Assembly: GCA_964019425.1 (NCBI GenBank)
Contig: OZ025791.1
Span: 682,001 to 746,000 of the forward strand
Length of the DNA: 64,000 nt
Source: Flectonema sp. DT1601
Lineage: Eukaryota
Direction of reading: 5' to 3'
The position numbers and the translations under genes are program-made. The notes beneath the pieces were generated by a model. That model saw only the letters and a list, made by a program, of their open reading frames with translations, ran no database searches and had not been told where the DNA came from. Below are positions 29,998-42,014 of the stretch, one piece after another. The first letter of the stretch is position 1; every line of letters begins with the position of its first letter.

Positions 29998-31551
29998 CTA
30001 AGAAACTCTTCCTACGACAGTTGTTTCGAGAGTCGTGTTAGCGAATAAATGAATTTGTCTGATATCAACAAGAAACTTACCCAAACGTTCTAGTAAAGGA
30101 GTAATGTGAGAAGTGTACTTAGACTTCGATCTGAAGTTATTCTTGAATGTTAAGACAACAAGACATGGACTGGCAAGAAGAGGACGAGCTTTTTCAACCA
30201 AATCAACAGCATGAACAGGTTCTAAGTTAACATCACACACGTAGATCGAGAACTTCGGGCAATTAGTATCATCACTTAATGAAAGCACGTCATCTAATAC
30301 GTCTCCGCCTTTTCCAATTGCATGAATAATTTGAGGTGACTTAATTGAGTCGATGATCCTTTTTTTAAAACTAAGTTTACCTTCAGTGTTGGTGTGTGTG
30401 TGTTGTTCAAAACCACAATCAGAAAGCATGTCGTCCATGTGAGTGGCTGGGTCAATCGCTAACACACTCGATATGTTAAAGTTCTTTATGCAGCAGTATG
30501 ACCATCCTCCGGGGGATGCACCTACATCTACCGCCCATGGTTTGTTTAGGAATTCAGCGTGAAATGGAATTCTCTGTTTTATTTCAAGTAACTTAAAGTA
30601 TGCCGAAGACGGTGCTGGACATCTATCTTCTGGTACGAGATATCTCAAAACGTTATGTCCGATCCAATACAAACCATCAGAGTAACAAATTACATCATAA
30701 AGGAACTCTCTTGTTGAGATGGATGCATCTTCCGGTTCATCACCGTGGTCATGCATGTAAAGTTCATTTGATTTTTTAATACGAACCTCAACTTCCTTAG
30801 GGAACACTGAGAGACGTTTATCACGATAAATATCACCAGGAATACGACTTGATTTCCTTCTAAGGTCAGATAGTGTTTTCACAGCACCAGATAAGGAAAT
30901 AGAAGGACTGATTTCCTTGTTTATGAGCATTACTCTTGCAATCACTCCGTGAAGAAACTCAGGTGGACTAATAAGAAAGTCTCTCCATCTTTGATTTGGA
31001 CATTCATCTGAGTCATAAATATAAACAACTCTGCTCTTGTTTGTGTTGGCTGGTAATTCACCATCGAAGTAGTCGCAAACACGTTCACATTGTGCAGAGG
31101 TACATTGAATAAAAGCAATTGGTCGTCTGGTAGTCTGTAGAAGTGATTCCTTCTCAAGCTGTTCAACTGTCACACCTAAAAATGACGCTCGTGGATGCAT
31201 CCAAGTGAAAGTAATTTTTCCTTGTGAGTTTGTTGGATTTGCGACCATTTGAGACCAAGATTCAGTAATTGTGAATTCTTCACATTGAAAGAATCCCAAC
31301 CTGGGAGGTCTTGGTTTGAATGTTTCACTCATATCACGTTTACCTTTTATTAACGCGACATCTCCAACTTTTATATCTTTTGAATTACAATTACTGAAAG
31401 TCGTGTTATCCGTGCATCGGACTGACACCATCCCGAAGGGTTTCCCAGCAAAATTTGTGATCAAACAATCAACAAAGAATAGGGCACCATATGTTCGTTT
31501 ATGAAGCACTCGAACCTCTAAGATAGCTGTTGTGGTGTCAGATGTAGACAT
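29998..31551 (-). CDS. OB-fold + FtsJ/RlmM-type RNA 2'-O-methyltransferase (517 aa)
   Basis: SSAYFKLLE, AVDVGASPGGWS (SAM-binding), VCDVN, VLTFK, ETT (K-D-K-E tetrad); N-terminal 'HKRTYGALFFVD...IKVGDVALIKG' resembles an anticodon-binding-type OB fold. Confidence 0.85.
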   Translation of the reverse strand: MSTSDTTTAILEVRVLHKRTYGALFFVDCLITNFAGKPFGMVSVRCTDNTTFSNCNSKDIKVGDVALIKGKRDMSETFKPRPPRLGFFQCEEFTITESWSQMVANPTNSQGKITFTWMHPRASFLGVTVEQLEKESLLQTTRRPIAFIQCTSAQCERVCDYFDGELPANTNKSRVVYIYDSDECPNQRWRDFLISPPEFLHGVIARVMLINKEISPSISLSGAVKTLSDLRRKSSRIPGDIYRDKRLSVFPKEVEVRIKKSNELYMHDHGDEPEDASISTREFLYDVICYSDGLYWIGHNVLRYLVPEDRCPAPSSAYFKLLEIKQRIPFHAEFLNKPWAVDVGASPGGWSYCCIKNFNISSVLAIDPATHMDDMLSDCGFEQHTHTNTEGKLSFKKRIIDSIKSPQIIHAIGKGGDVLDDVLSLSDDTNCPKFSIYVCDVNLEPVHAVDLVEKARPLLASPCLVVLTFKNNFRSKSKYTSHITPLLERLGKFLVDIRQIHLFANTTLETTVVGRVS

Positions 31552-31735
31552 ATTAGTTTGATAAATCTAATGGTGAATATAATATTCATATTGAGATATG
31601 CACAACAGAAAAAAAGTTCTCATGACGGATACAGTTTTTTTTTTTTTTTTTTTTTTTAATTTCGTTATTTTGAATGCGAAATCCTAACAAAGACCATATT
31701 TTCACAATGGCGCATATGTGAGTAAAACCGTTTGC

Positions 31736-31773
<38 letters not shown>

Positions 31774-31856
31774 AGCGATTCATGTTTTTTTTTTTTATCC
31801 CAGATTTGCAATAACAGTAAGTTGCAGTGCAAAGCTCTATGATTAAATATGCATAA

Positions 31857-31954
31857 GAACCATTCAGATAAAAGCTTTATGTTTTGTTAAAACGCACAAA
31901 TAAGTAAAGGATTATTTATCTGAATAGTTTCTTCTCTGACTTCGTCGGTGCAAA
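31857..31954 (+). repeat. Short dispersed structured element, copy 2
   Basis: ccattcagata...tatctgaatag inverted pair followed by hairpin ctgac-ttc-gtcgg; homologous to 9361-9493. Confidence 0.75.
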
Positions 31955-32564
31955 TAATTGAAGCAAACTGAGCCAATCTTTACTTTTTTCTGTTTTTTGG
32001 GCAAGAATTTTTTTATTTTTTTTGTGAAAGAGGTTTCTTTTTTTTTTTTTTTTTTTTTCCAAAAGTTTGTTTTTTTTTTAGTTTTGTAACTTAAAAAACA
32101 CAAAAGAAAAAGAAAATCAACAGTCACAGTAATGATAGTGATGGCGGAAGGGAGATTGGGAAAAAGAACAAAAAAAAAAAAAAAAAAGGAGAAGAATACT
32201 GACACAAAGACCAGACAAAGATGCAGGGTGAACAGGAAAAGGCAATGTTTGTTGGCGAAAGACAACAAAAAAAGTGGCAAAGTCACGGTTTTCATTTATA
32301 GATAAAGCGAAAGCAATTGCTGTAAGAAACAAAGATGATCATCGCATTAATACAACAAGAAAAAGTTCACTATAACATACAAAATAAAAATATATTGATC
32401 CGAGACAACCAACCACAAGCAGCAAGAATTTATATTGTCTAACGCCACAAAAATACCAGAGCAACCGCTCCAATCAGACCTACGAAAATGAAACAAAGGA
32501 TTAAAATAAAAAAAAAAAAGGACCTTAAATAATTATAATAAAATTATTATTTCTTCCATTTTGG

Positions 32565-32596
<32 letters not shown>

Positions 32597-33851
32597 TTCC
32601 CCAAAAAAAAAAAATAAAACAATAACAAGTAATAATAAAGAGATACGCGCACTAAGGCAAGCAGACTAAAACAGACATACATTACATTAACAGCAATTTC
32701 TTAACTATGAAGCAAACATGCGAGAGACGGAAAGCAAAGCAAAAACAGAAGAATGCTATGCAATGGGCTTGCTTACCGACTATCAAAAGTTTTACAGAGA
32801 AAAAGAGGAAAAAAAAAGACCAAAACAGAATACGCAGTCTTGCACTGTGGCTCATTTTTTTCTTGAAATTTTAGTTTTCCAATAAAGAATAAACAATTCC
32901 AATTTTTGTGGAAAATCGACACAAAAAATCGAAAACAGTTCCCTGCAAGACAAGTTTGTTTTTTTTTTCTTTTTCAATAAAAGAGTATCCCGAAATCCGA
33001 AGTTAGCCGACAGCTAGATTTTGGCACAGTCAGACCAACAACCGAGAACAGAGAATAACAAACATGTAACTACTACGAAAAAACCCTTCCAAAAGGTTAC
33101 TAACCTCACACTATCTCTCATACTACCAGACTAAACCGAAGTAGGTCACAAGATAAGCAACAGAAGCCAGTAACCACAACACAACAAAATGCAGGGAAAA
33201 AGTGACAGAAGGGGTGAAGCTTTGACAATGTAAAAACGGTAACAACTGTTAGGGTACTAAAACAAAATTAATATCAAGTACTTGATCGAAAAGAAAATAT
33301 TTGTAGTTGTTAATCAAAGAAAAGGTACGTTAGAAAAAAGAAAAAATAAAGGGGAAATATTTCTCTTGTCATATTGACCAGAAGACGTTGTCGAATCTGG
33401 AATTAATAAGGGACAGATGAATTGATACCGTATTATCAAGCTCAGGGACGGGTAACTTGATACTATGATTAAATATAAAGCAACTTGAAATTGGCTAAAA
33501 CGAATACAGGGTTTGCCAAACCTGGTTGCAATGAAAAGAGATCAACAGTCAGTATCGATAAAATCCCATATATGCTGTCGAATATGGGGATTCGGGGGCT
33601 CGTACTACAGGTTGAGCTTCCCATGCCTGTAGCCCGTTACAAAATTAGTAAGGGAGAAAAATTGAAAATGGTACAAAACAATACAAATAACAAAGAGAGA
33701 AAAGAATATTTGAGACATCGGAGCAGGAGTCGTAAAAGAAACCAGGAAATCAATATTACCTGCGACTTAAGCCTACGAACCGTCGATAAACGAAATGAAT
33801 AACACGACAAAGTCATTATTCTGGACATTATTTGTGAGCCTACAGTGATGA

Positions 33852-35504
33852 TCACAACTCAGAGTGGAACGCCGACTCCGATTCGAAGTCATAAGAAGCG
33901 CTGGACGAGGCTAAAGGAGTCGGAGGTGATTCCTCCTGTGATAGTACCCAAAGTTTATTAGCAGCATTTTGATACTCCGCAGCTCTTATGGCAGCAGTAT
34001 GTCCCTTGGCGCAAACTGGCATCGACGGAGGTGGAGACATAGAACACCAATCACACATTCTTAGTGCTTGTAATTTTGATTGCGAGCACGGGTCACAAAC
34101 GGATCGGAAACAAAATCTGCAATGATGTTCCCTTCGAAAGAATCTAAATGTTAATGAACAGATTCCACATGTTTTAGAATGATGTTTTCCAGCCATAAAA
34201 AGTGCTCTTCTATGTTCAGATCTATCATGTTCCTGTTGTAGTGCTGTTTGCGCAACGTGTCGCTGGCTGTCATGTTGAATGTCGAGTTCCTTTTCTAATT
34301 GACGTATCCTATCGCGTGCTGCCGCTAGTTCCGATCCATTTTGCTGCTTTTGGCAATTATTACAACACCTCGCAACCTTTCTTTGACCTTCTGGAAGAAC
34401 AATGCATTTGCTGACTGTGCAACTAGCACAATGAGCATCCCCACATGTCAAACAGCAATACCGGCGTCGAGTTTGTGAAAATTGTGATGAGCAGGAGCGG
34501 CACTGCTGTGTATCCGGAGCGCTATTATGTGACGCTGCACTGGAAGCTCCCGAATTGAGAACACCACCAGCAGGTGTAGATGCGAGGCTATATTCATCAG
34601 TGATACCTAAACTAGATCCTAACATTGTATCACCAATACTTGATGTCTGTAGTGATGATGAAAACTCTTCATTTTGTCGTATTAAAGAATACCATTTTGG
34701 GTACGTAATAATAGCTTCTTCAATAATTTGTTCTCGTCTTCCATATTCTTCTCCTATCAGTGATTCGATGGTTGGAATACCTGAAATGTTTGGGAATCCC
34801 TTCTTAACCTCTGCTGACGAGATGTCAGGATGACTATTTACGACAGCCTTTAATTTCTGAAGGCTGGCTGTCACATATTGAACCATATCTTCACTGATGG
34901 TACTACTTTGGGTTTTCATATCGAGGTGAACTTTAACCCATAATGAACATGACTTATCATTTCCAGTAATAAGACATCCCGTTCCGTAGGATGTAGCACG
35001 TTGAAGAGATCCCACTTGCTTATGTTTATTATGAATTACTGAATGACAAAGAATAGCGTATCCTTCAGAAATCTCACCCCAGGCAGTTTGAATAAGCAAT
35101 TCCCTATCAAAGGTAGGTAATTGCACCTTGTAAATCTCATTAGTCGGGGAAAGTGTTGAAACTGTTTCCGTATTTTGCTTCAGATGCTTCAAAATTGCAT
35201 CAAATGCCGTGTGCACACCGCAATTGAACTGTGCCTTTCCCCTAATTAAATTTATCTTTTTCTTTCCATCATCACGAGATAACTGTGCCGATCTCGTCCA
35301 CAAACCGATACTTTCAGGTAGGTTGTAGCTGTGTGGTTCCCAACCATCATCTCTCAAGACTTGTTCTTTTAAAATAGCGAAGTGCTTACCATGCATTATC
35401 CGAAAACCATCAATACTTACTTGAACCACTCCTCCATCATATGTTGTCTTTATTTCTTGACCATCCTGAATAACGGTTTGTTCTCCTGTTATCACCCAAG
35501 ACAT
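33852..35504 (-). CDS. START-like lipid-transfer domain + two FYVE zinc fingers
   Basis: START-like segment (YAILCHSVIH...QRATSYGTGCLI...WVKVHLD); FYVE motifs CRSC..FSQTRRRYCCLTCG..HCASC and CGIC..FRFFRREHHCRFC..VCDPCS...MCDWC; start uncertain (ATG 35504 just after an AG). Confidence 0.85.
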   Translation of the reverse strand: MSWVITGEQTVIQDGQEIKTTYDGGVVQVSIDGFRIMHGKHFAILKEQVLRDDGWEPHSYNLPESIGLWTRSAQLSRDDGKKKINLIRGKAQFNCGVHTAFDAILKHLKQNTETVSTLSPTNEIYKVQLPTFDRELLIQTAWGEISEGYAILCHSVIHNKHKQVGSLQRATSYGTGCLITGNDKSCSLWVKVHLDMKTQSSTISEDMVQYVTASLQKLKAVVNSHPDISSAEVKKGFPNISGIPTIESLIGEEYGRREQIIEEAIITYPKWYSLIRQNEEFSSSLQTSSIGDTMLGSSLGITDEYSLASTPAGGVLNSGASSAASHNSAPDTQQCRSCSSQFSQTRRRYCCLTCGDAHCASCTVSKCIVLPEGQRKVARCCNNCQKQQNGSELAAARDRIRQLEKELDIQHDSQRHVAQTALQQEHDRSEHRRALFMAGKHHSKTCGICSLTFRFFRREHHCRFCFRSVCDPCSQSKLQALRMCDWCSMSPPPSMPVCAKGHTAAIRAAEYQNAANKLWVLSQEESPPTPLASSSASYDFESESAFHSEL

Positions 35505-35981
35505 CTTCACCCCCACCTAAAATGAAAAAATGTGTAAATTTGCTTTGAAGGTATCAACCTGTGCTGTTACTTCTCCTAAAGTGGGTAGTCAAGTGAGAGA
35601 AAAAACACGATTTCGCTCTCAACCAAGTAGCGAAAAGAAAAAAGAATATCAATAATAATAATAAGAATCATGCAGAATTGAAGGAAAACAGAATAACTTG
35701 TTCTTTTTCTTTTTCTTTTTTTTCAACTTAATCGACAGTCCCTATAACTCAATGGATATATGCTTGCCAGCAAACACTTCGATAACAGCTAGTTAGTATC
35801 ACGTATTTCAGCAGCATATTAATTTTTATTCAAATAACGAACCAAGATTATTCGGATAGTAGTTTACGGTCTAATTTAGTACTTGAATTATTCTTATATC
35901 CCTCTTCAGGTTTCAAATTAAAAAATCTTTCTTCTAATTATTCACTCATCTCATATGGTTTGACACAACAATATCGAGTAA

Positions 35982-36461
35982 TCACCTACGGGCTGGTTGT
36001 CTGATCGTCGTGTAGTATACACCCAGCACACCACCCAAAATAGCAAGTGCCGGGACAACAGTTGAAACTATGGACTTCAAAATCCAAAGAAATACACAAA
36101 TGCCAACATATTTCATATAAATGGGAAGAACTTCCAATAAGTAGTTAGGTGATTTATGTTTAATATTTTGTTTTTTTTCTTCTTTGTTTGGTTTATTTTC
36201 TCTGGGTGGGTTCGTTGTTCTCTGACGTTGTTGTTCTTCTTTCTGCTGTGTGATGCCTCTAACTATGGCAAAGTTTTTTACTAAGTTGTCTGGTAATTCT
36301 TTTATATCTTGTGAACAATCAGGGCATCTCCATCTGTTTAGTTGATGCAACCGTCTTAAACAAGAGTCGCAGTAAGTATGTCCACACCCTGACAGCAACA
36401 TCGGAGCCATCTCACCCGACTCTTCGAACCCCTCCATACATATCCCGCAATTATAATCCAT
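35982..36461 (-). CDS. RING-HC E3 ligase with C-terminal membrane anchor
   Basis: CGIC...PMLLSGCGHTYCDSC...CPDC...LVKNFAI; hydrophobic C-terminus; probable start MDYNC. Confidence 0.88.
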   Translation of the reverse strand: MDYNCGICMEGFEESGEMAPMLLSGCGHTYCDSCLRRLHQLNRWRCPDCSQDIKELPDNLVKNFAIVRGITQQKEEQQRQRTTNPPRENKPNKEEKKQNIKHKSPNYLLEVLPIYMKYVGICVFLWILKSIVSTVVPALAILGGVLGVYYTTIRQPARR

Positions 36462-37679
36462 CTTCCTTCCTCTTCTGTAAAAGAGATAAGATGTTGCCAA
36501 CACACATAATCTACCCACAATTTATGTTTTCTTGCTTAGAAAAAACACGATATTAGATCACCCAATTTACTGCAGTTGGTTTCCTCTCAAAAAAAAACAT
36601 TTCTTTTTTTTTTCTTAAATTACAAAGTATTCACGCAAATAAGTCGCTTAGATCAATCAACAATACATGAATGCTGATAACTTGCACTGTGTCAAACGAT
36701 ATTGGTTGCAAAATAATTAAATAAGTAGTAAACTATTGACTTGAACAAGTTAGAAGCCCAAGACGTGGATATTCTATTAATACCACGTGATCATCTCAGG
36801 GGTTAACTGTTTGAGCATTTGTATACTGTAGAAGGGAAATTCACCGACCTGCGAGAATATTTCCCCACGAGATTTCCCTACAAGCATAGCTTTTTGTACA
36901 GTTCAGCCATTTTAACAGGTTCATATTTCCAAAGATAGATTACAAAACTTATCTCACATTTTCTTCTTCTTAGAAAACCTGCTTGTGGAAAACTAACGCT
37001 CCAGGGAAATATTCTTGAGGGGGGAAATCTGTGAGAATCTTTTTGTTCACCTAAATTCGCGAGAATATTTGGGCTGTCAGAACCTACTTCTGCTCAAGCT
37101 CACTTAGATTAATGATCCATGATCTAACGTTAAGCTTTGATAGGCACTCTATTTAAAGAAATGGTGAAGTTTTATTCACTCTGTGATCCTGTTCACTCCA
37201 TTCACTCCCTTAGGAGTTCAAGTATTGTTAAAGATTGGAATTATTGGTGTTTAAAGATTGTTTCTTACTTCCGAGTTATTGTAGTTAATACTATAACATA
37301 CTCTCATCAGATTCCTCGCCTCTGTAACACCTGTGTTTCAAATTTCCCACCCTCCCACCCTCTTGTTCTTCAGCTGGTTTGGAATGTGGGAACCATTGTT
37401 GATTCTGATGTTTTGAATCACCGCGTTTGGTACAAGGCATTTCAATATGAGCATGAACATTTCAGCCCCGGCGCAAGTCATTAGGAGGAATTGCGATGCT
37501 TAGTTTAATATGTTGTATTTATATCTTAATAAATATCTCCTCTTCCCTTTCAGAATTTCAATATGGATCTTGAGTACGTGAGAATTACAAAGATTCCTGC
37601 CTCCTTGCCCAGTTGTCATGGGTGTCGCCTGTTCCGGAGGTAATGCCGCCCCATGTGCTCTCAATGATGCAGTCAGACT

Positions 37680-38245
37680 TAGTTTGCATCTCACTTTCGT
37701 CCTGATCATGACACCAAACCGACCAAGCTTCTCAACAACTTTGTTTCTTGGCAGAGCAGGAACATCTCTCCTGATGCACATAAACACTTGTCCTTTTGGA
37801 CCAGATGCTGCCTAAACCTGGCTTGTCCTGAGACAGCAGCATAAGATGGCAGATTTCCCAACTTCACAGCCCTTAAGCCATGACCAGGTATGTCTTGGGA
37901 AGATCGATCCGCTCCACATCGCTACACTGCGTGTAGAGCAAGACAGATACCACTGAAGAAGCAGCTACCACCGATCTCTATGTGCGACTTGTGCGGCCAA
38001 AACAGCCAACAATAAACACAACAAAACATATTTGCACCTTTGCCTCTTTGTTTCTTTCTCGCCGCTCGTCGCCAAGCACACATTGGGATACACCACCGTA
38101 CCCAGTTCTCGAGCTGTGAGCCCGTCATTGCCTCGATGAAAGCCCCACGATGGACGCAGTTGAAAGCGTTAGAGAAGTCTATTTTGACGAAGACCTTCTC
38201 CGCCCCAAAGTTTTTGAACCTAAACTCGTGGAGTGCATGGATGGC
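37680..38245 (-). pseudogene. Decayed non-LTR retrotransposon reverse transcriptase (CRE/SLACS-like)
   Basis: Minus frame 38245-38090 reads AIHALHEFRFKNFGAEKVFVKIDFSNAFNCVHRGAFIEAMTGSQLENWVRWC (K.DF.NAFN.V.R motif); downstream broken remnants CLALHAV*, a possible degenerate YLDDG (tacctggtcatggc) and KLGRFGVMI; stops and frameshifts. Confidence 0.75.
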
Positions 38246-38257
38246 CCATACCTGTCC

Positions 38258-38325
38258 AAAAAGCTAAAAGCTAAAGCTAAGCTTTTTGGAGCTAAAGCTA
38301 AGCTATTTAGCTTTTTTTAGCTTTT
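38258..38325. repeat. AGCT(A) micro-repeat patch at the border of the RT remnant
   Basis: aagctaaaagctaaagctaagct...gagctaaagctaagctatttagctttttttagct. Confidence 0.7.
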
Positions 38326-38579
38326 CTTTGAAATTTTTTTTTTTTTTAATTTTCTGTACTTTTTCGACATTTTTTTTGGTTTTGTGGGGGAAAAAAGTGT
38401 GGGAAAAAAAAAAAAATCACCAATTATAATATTTCCAGTATCCACCACTACAGGTTTTTGTGTGTTTTTTGTCTCATTTAAGCTGACATGATTTTTCGAT
38501 ATTTGCACAACCTGGTATCTACAAAGAAAACATTTCATAATTCGACTATGTGTACTGTTGGGAGAGAAATATGTTTTTT

Positions 38580-38870
38580 AAAGAAAAAAACAATCAGTTT
38601 AGCGTCTTGACCAGGATGGAAAATAGAAAGTAATCAACATAGTCGATCGATAAAAAACAATGATAACATTGTTTATTCTTTTTTTTTTTTTTTTTTTCTT
38701 TTTTTTTTTTTATATTCTTTTTATTTATTTTTAGAAAAAAACAATCAGTTTAGCGTCTTGACCAGGACGGAAAATAGAAAGTAATCGACATAGTCGATCG
38801 ATAAAAAACAATGATAACATTGTTTATTCTTTTTTTTTTTTTTATATTCTTTTTATTTATTTTTTAAAGA
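38580..38870 (+). repeat. Satellite B (~150-bp hairpin-rich monomer), 2 copies
   Basis: caatcagtttagcgtcttgaccaggacggaaaatagaaagtaatcgacatagtcgatcgata...aacaatgataacattgttt + poly-T. Confidence 0.9.
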
Positions 38871-38879
38871 CAAAACAGA

Positions 38880-41790
38880 CAACTCAACAAAGTTTTAAAA
38901 AACAGCCAGCTCCACATAAAGTTTTAAAAAATAGTTAGCTCAATAAAGTTTTAAAAAACTCCCAGCTCCACACAAAGTTATAAAAAACAGCCAGATCCAC
39001 ATGCAAAGTTTCAAAAAACAGCCTGCTCCACAAAGTTTTAAAAAACAGCCTGCTCCACAAAGTTTTAAAAAACAGCCAGCTTCACACGCAAAGTTTCAAA
39101 AAACAGCCAGCTCCACAAAGTTTCAAAAAACAGCCTGCTCCACAAAGTTTCGTAAAACAGCCAGCTCCACACACAAAGTTTCAAAAAACAGCCAGCTCCA
39201 CAAAGTTTCAAAAAACAGCCATCTCAACAAAGTTTTAAAAAACAGCCAGCTTCACACGCAAAGTTTCAAAAAACAGCCTGCTCCACAAAGTTTCAAAAAA
39301 CAGCCATCTCAACAAAGTTTTAAAAAACAGCCAGCTTCACACGCAAAGTTTCAAAAAACAGCCTGCTCCACAAAGTTTCAAAAAACAGCCTGCTCCACAA
39401 AGTTTCGAAAAACAGCCAGCTCCACACACAAAGTTTCAAAAAACAGCCATCTCAACAAAGTTTCAAAAAACAGCCTGCTCTACAAAGTTTTAAAAAACAG
39501 CCAGCTTCACACGCAAAGTTTCAAAAAACAGCCTGCTCCACAAAGTTTCGTAAAACAGCCAGCTCTACACACAAAGTTTCAAAAAACAGCCATCTCAACA
39601 AAGTTTTAAAAAACGGCCAGCTCTACAAAGTTTTAAAAAACAGCCTGCTCCACAAAGTTTCGAAAAACAGCCAGCTCCACACACAAAGTTTCAAAAAACA
39701 GCCATCTCAACAAAGTTTCAAAAAACAGCCTGCTCTACAAAGTTTTAAAAAACAGCCAGCTTCACACGCAAAGTTTCAAAAAACAGCCTGCTCCACAAAG
39801 TTTCGTAAAACAGCCAGCTCTACACACAAAGTTTCAAAAAACAGCCTGCTCTACAAAGTTTTAAAAAACAGCCTGCTCTACAAAGTTTTAAAAAACAGCC
39901 AGCTTCACACGCAAAGTTTCAAAAAACAGCCTGCTCCACAAAGTTTCGTAAAACAGCCAGCTCTACACACAAAGTTTCAAAAAACAGCCTGCTCTACAAA
40001 GTTTTAAAAAACAGCCAGCTCAACAAAGTTTCAAAAAACAGCCATCTCAACAAAGTTTCAAAAAACAGCCTGCTCTACAAAGTTTTAAAAAACAGCCAGC
40101 TTCACACGCAAAGTTTCAAAAAACAGCCTGCTCCACAAAGTTTCGTAAAACAGCCAGCTCTACACACAAAGTTTCAAAAAACAGCCTGCTCCACAAAGTT
40201 TTAAAAAACGGCCAGCTCCACACACAAAGTTTCAAAAAACAGCCTGCTCTACAAAGTTTTAAAAAACAGCCAGCTTCACACGCAAAGTTTCAAAAAACTG
40301 CCTGCTCCACAAAGTTTCGAAAAACAGCCTGCTCCACAAAGTTTCGAAAAACGGCCAGCTCCACACACAAAGTTTCAAAAAACAGCCAGCTCCACACACA
40401 TTTTTTTAAAAAACAGCCAACTCCACACATAAAGTTTCAAAAAACAGCCAGATCCACATGCAAAGTTTCAAAAAACAGCCTGCTCCACACACAAAGTTTC
40501 AAAAAACAGCCATCTCAACAAAGTTTCAAAAAACAGCCTGCTCTACAAAGTTTTAAAAAACAGCCAGCGCAACAAAGTTTTAAAAAACAGCCAGCTTCAC
40601 ACGCAAAGTTTCAAAAAACTGCCTGCTCCACAAAGTTTCGAAAAACAGCCTGCTCCACAAAGTTTCGAAAAACGGCCAGCTCCACACACAAAGTTTCAAA
40701 AAACAGCCAGATCCACATGCAAAGTTTCAAAAAACAGCCTGCTCCACAAAGTTTCGAAAAACAGCCAGCTCCACACACAAAGTTTCAAAAAACAGCCATC
40801 TCAACAAAGTTTTAAAAAACGGCCAGCTCCACACACAAAGTTTCAAAAAACAGCCAGCTCCACACACATTTTTTTAAAAAACAGCCAACTCCACACATAA
40901 AGTTTCAAAAAACAGCCAGATCCACATGCAAAGTTTCAAAAAACAGCCTGCTCCACAAAGTTTCGAAAAACATCCAGCTCCACACACAAAGTTTCAAAAA
41001 ACAGCCATCTCAACAAAGTTTTAAAAAACGGCCAGCTCCACACACAAAGTTTCAAAAAACAGCCAGCTCCACACACATTTTTTTAAAAAACAGCCAACTC
41101 CACACATAAAGTTTCAAAAAACAGCCAGATCCACATGCAAAGTTTCAAAAAACAGCCTGCTCCACACACAAAGTTTCAAAAAACAGCCATCTCAACAAAG
41201 TTTCAAAAAACAGCCTGCTCTACAAAGTTTCAAAAAACAGCCTGCTCTACAAAGTTTCAAAAAACAGCCAGCTCCACACACAAAGTTTCAAAAAACAGCC
41301 ATCTCAACAAAGTTTCAAAAAACAGCCTGCTCTACAAAGTTTTAAAAAACAGCCAGCTTCACACGCAAAGTTTCAAAAAACAGCCTGCTCCACAAAGTTT
41401 CGTAAAACAGCCAGCTCTACACACAAAGTTTCAAAAAACAGCCATCTCAACAAAGTTTTAAAAAACGGCCAGCTCCACACACAAAGTTTCAAAAAACAGC
41501 CTGCTCTACAAAGTTTTAAAAAAACAGCCAGCTCAACAAAGTTTTAAAAAACAGCCAGCTTCACACGCAAAGTTTCAAAAAACAGCCTGCTCCACAAAGT
41601 TTCAAAAAACAGCCTGCTCCAAAAAGTTTCGAAAAACAGCCAGCTCCACACACAAAGTTTCAAAAAACAGCCATCTCAACAAAGTTTCAAAAAACAGCCT
41701 GCTCTACAAAGTTTTAAAAAACAGCCAGCTTCACACGCAAAGTTTCAAAAAACAGCCTGCTCCACAAAGTTTCGTAAAACAGCCAGCTCT
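38880..41790 (+). repeat. Satellite A array (27/31-bp monomers, with higher-order structure)
   Basis: Tandem ctccac(acac)aaagtttcaaaaaacagcc(t/a)g; the QSFKKQPAP 9-aa periodicity of the spurious ORFs reflects the 27-bp unit. Confidence 0.97.
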
Positions 41791-41791
41791 A

Positions 41792-41983
41792 GAATTTCGA
41801 TAAAGTGGGAAGTAACGGACTGGGAGCTTTTGGCTCCTGCCCTATTCCCGATGTAAACTTTCTTTTTATTTTTATTTTTTTTTAACAGGCCCAAAGGGCG
41901 ACAATGATGGTTGCTGACCAAGGAATAATATTCAAATGAATTTTCGTTTCAAAGAAACGAACAGAATTAAGAGAGAGGCAGAG

Positions 41984-42014
<31 letters not shown>

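Noticed and set aside
596..36556. Numerous short plus-strand and nested ORFs, and poly-F/poly-K ORFs in intergenic DNA
   Set aside because: Antisense shadows of real minus-strand genes or translations of poly-A/T tracts
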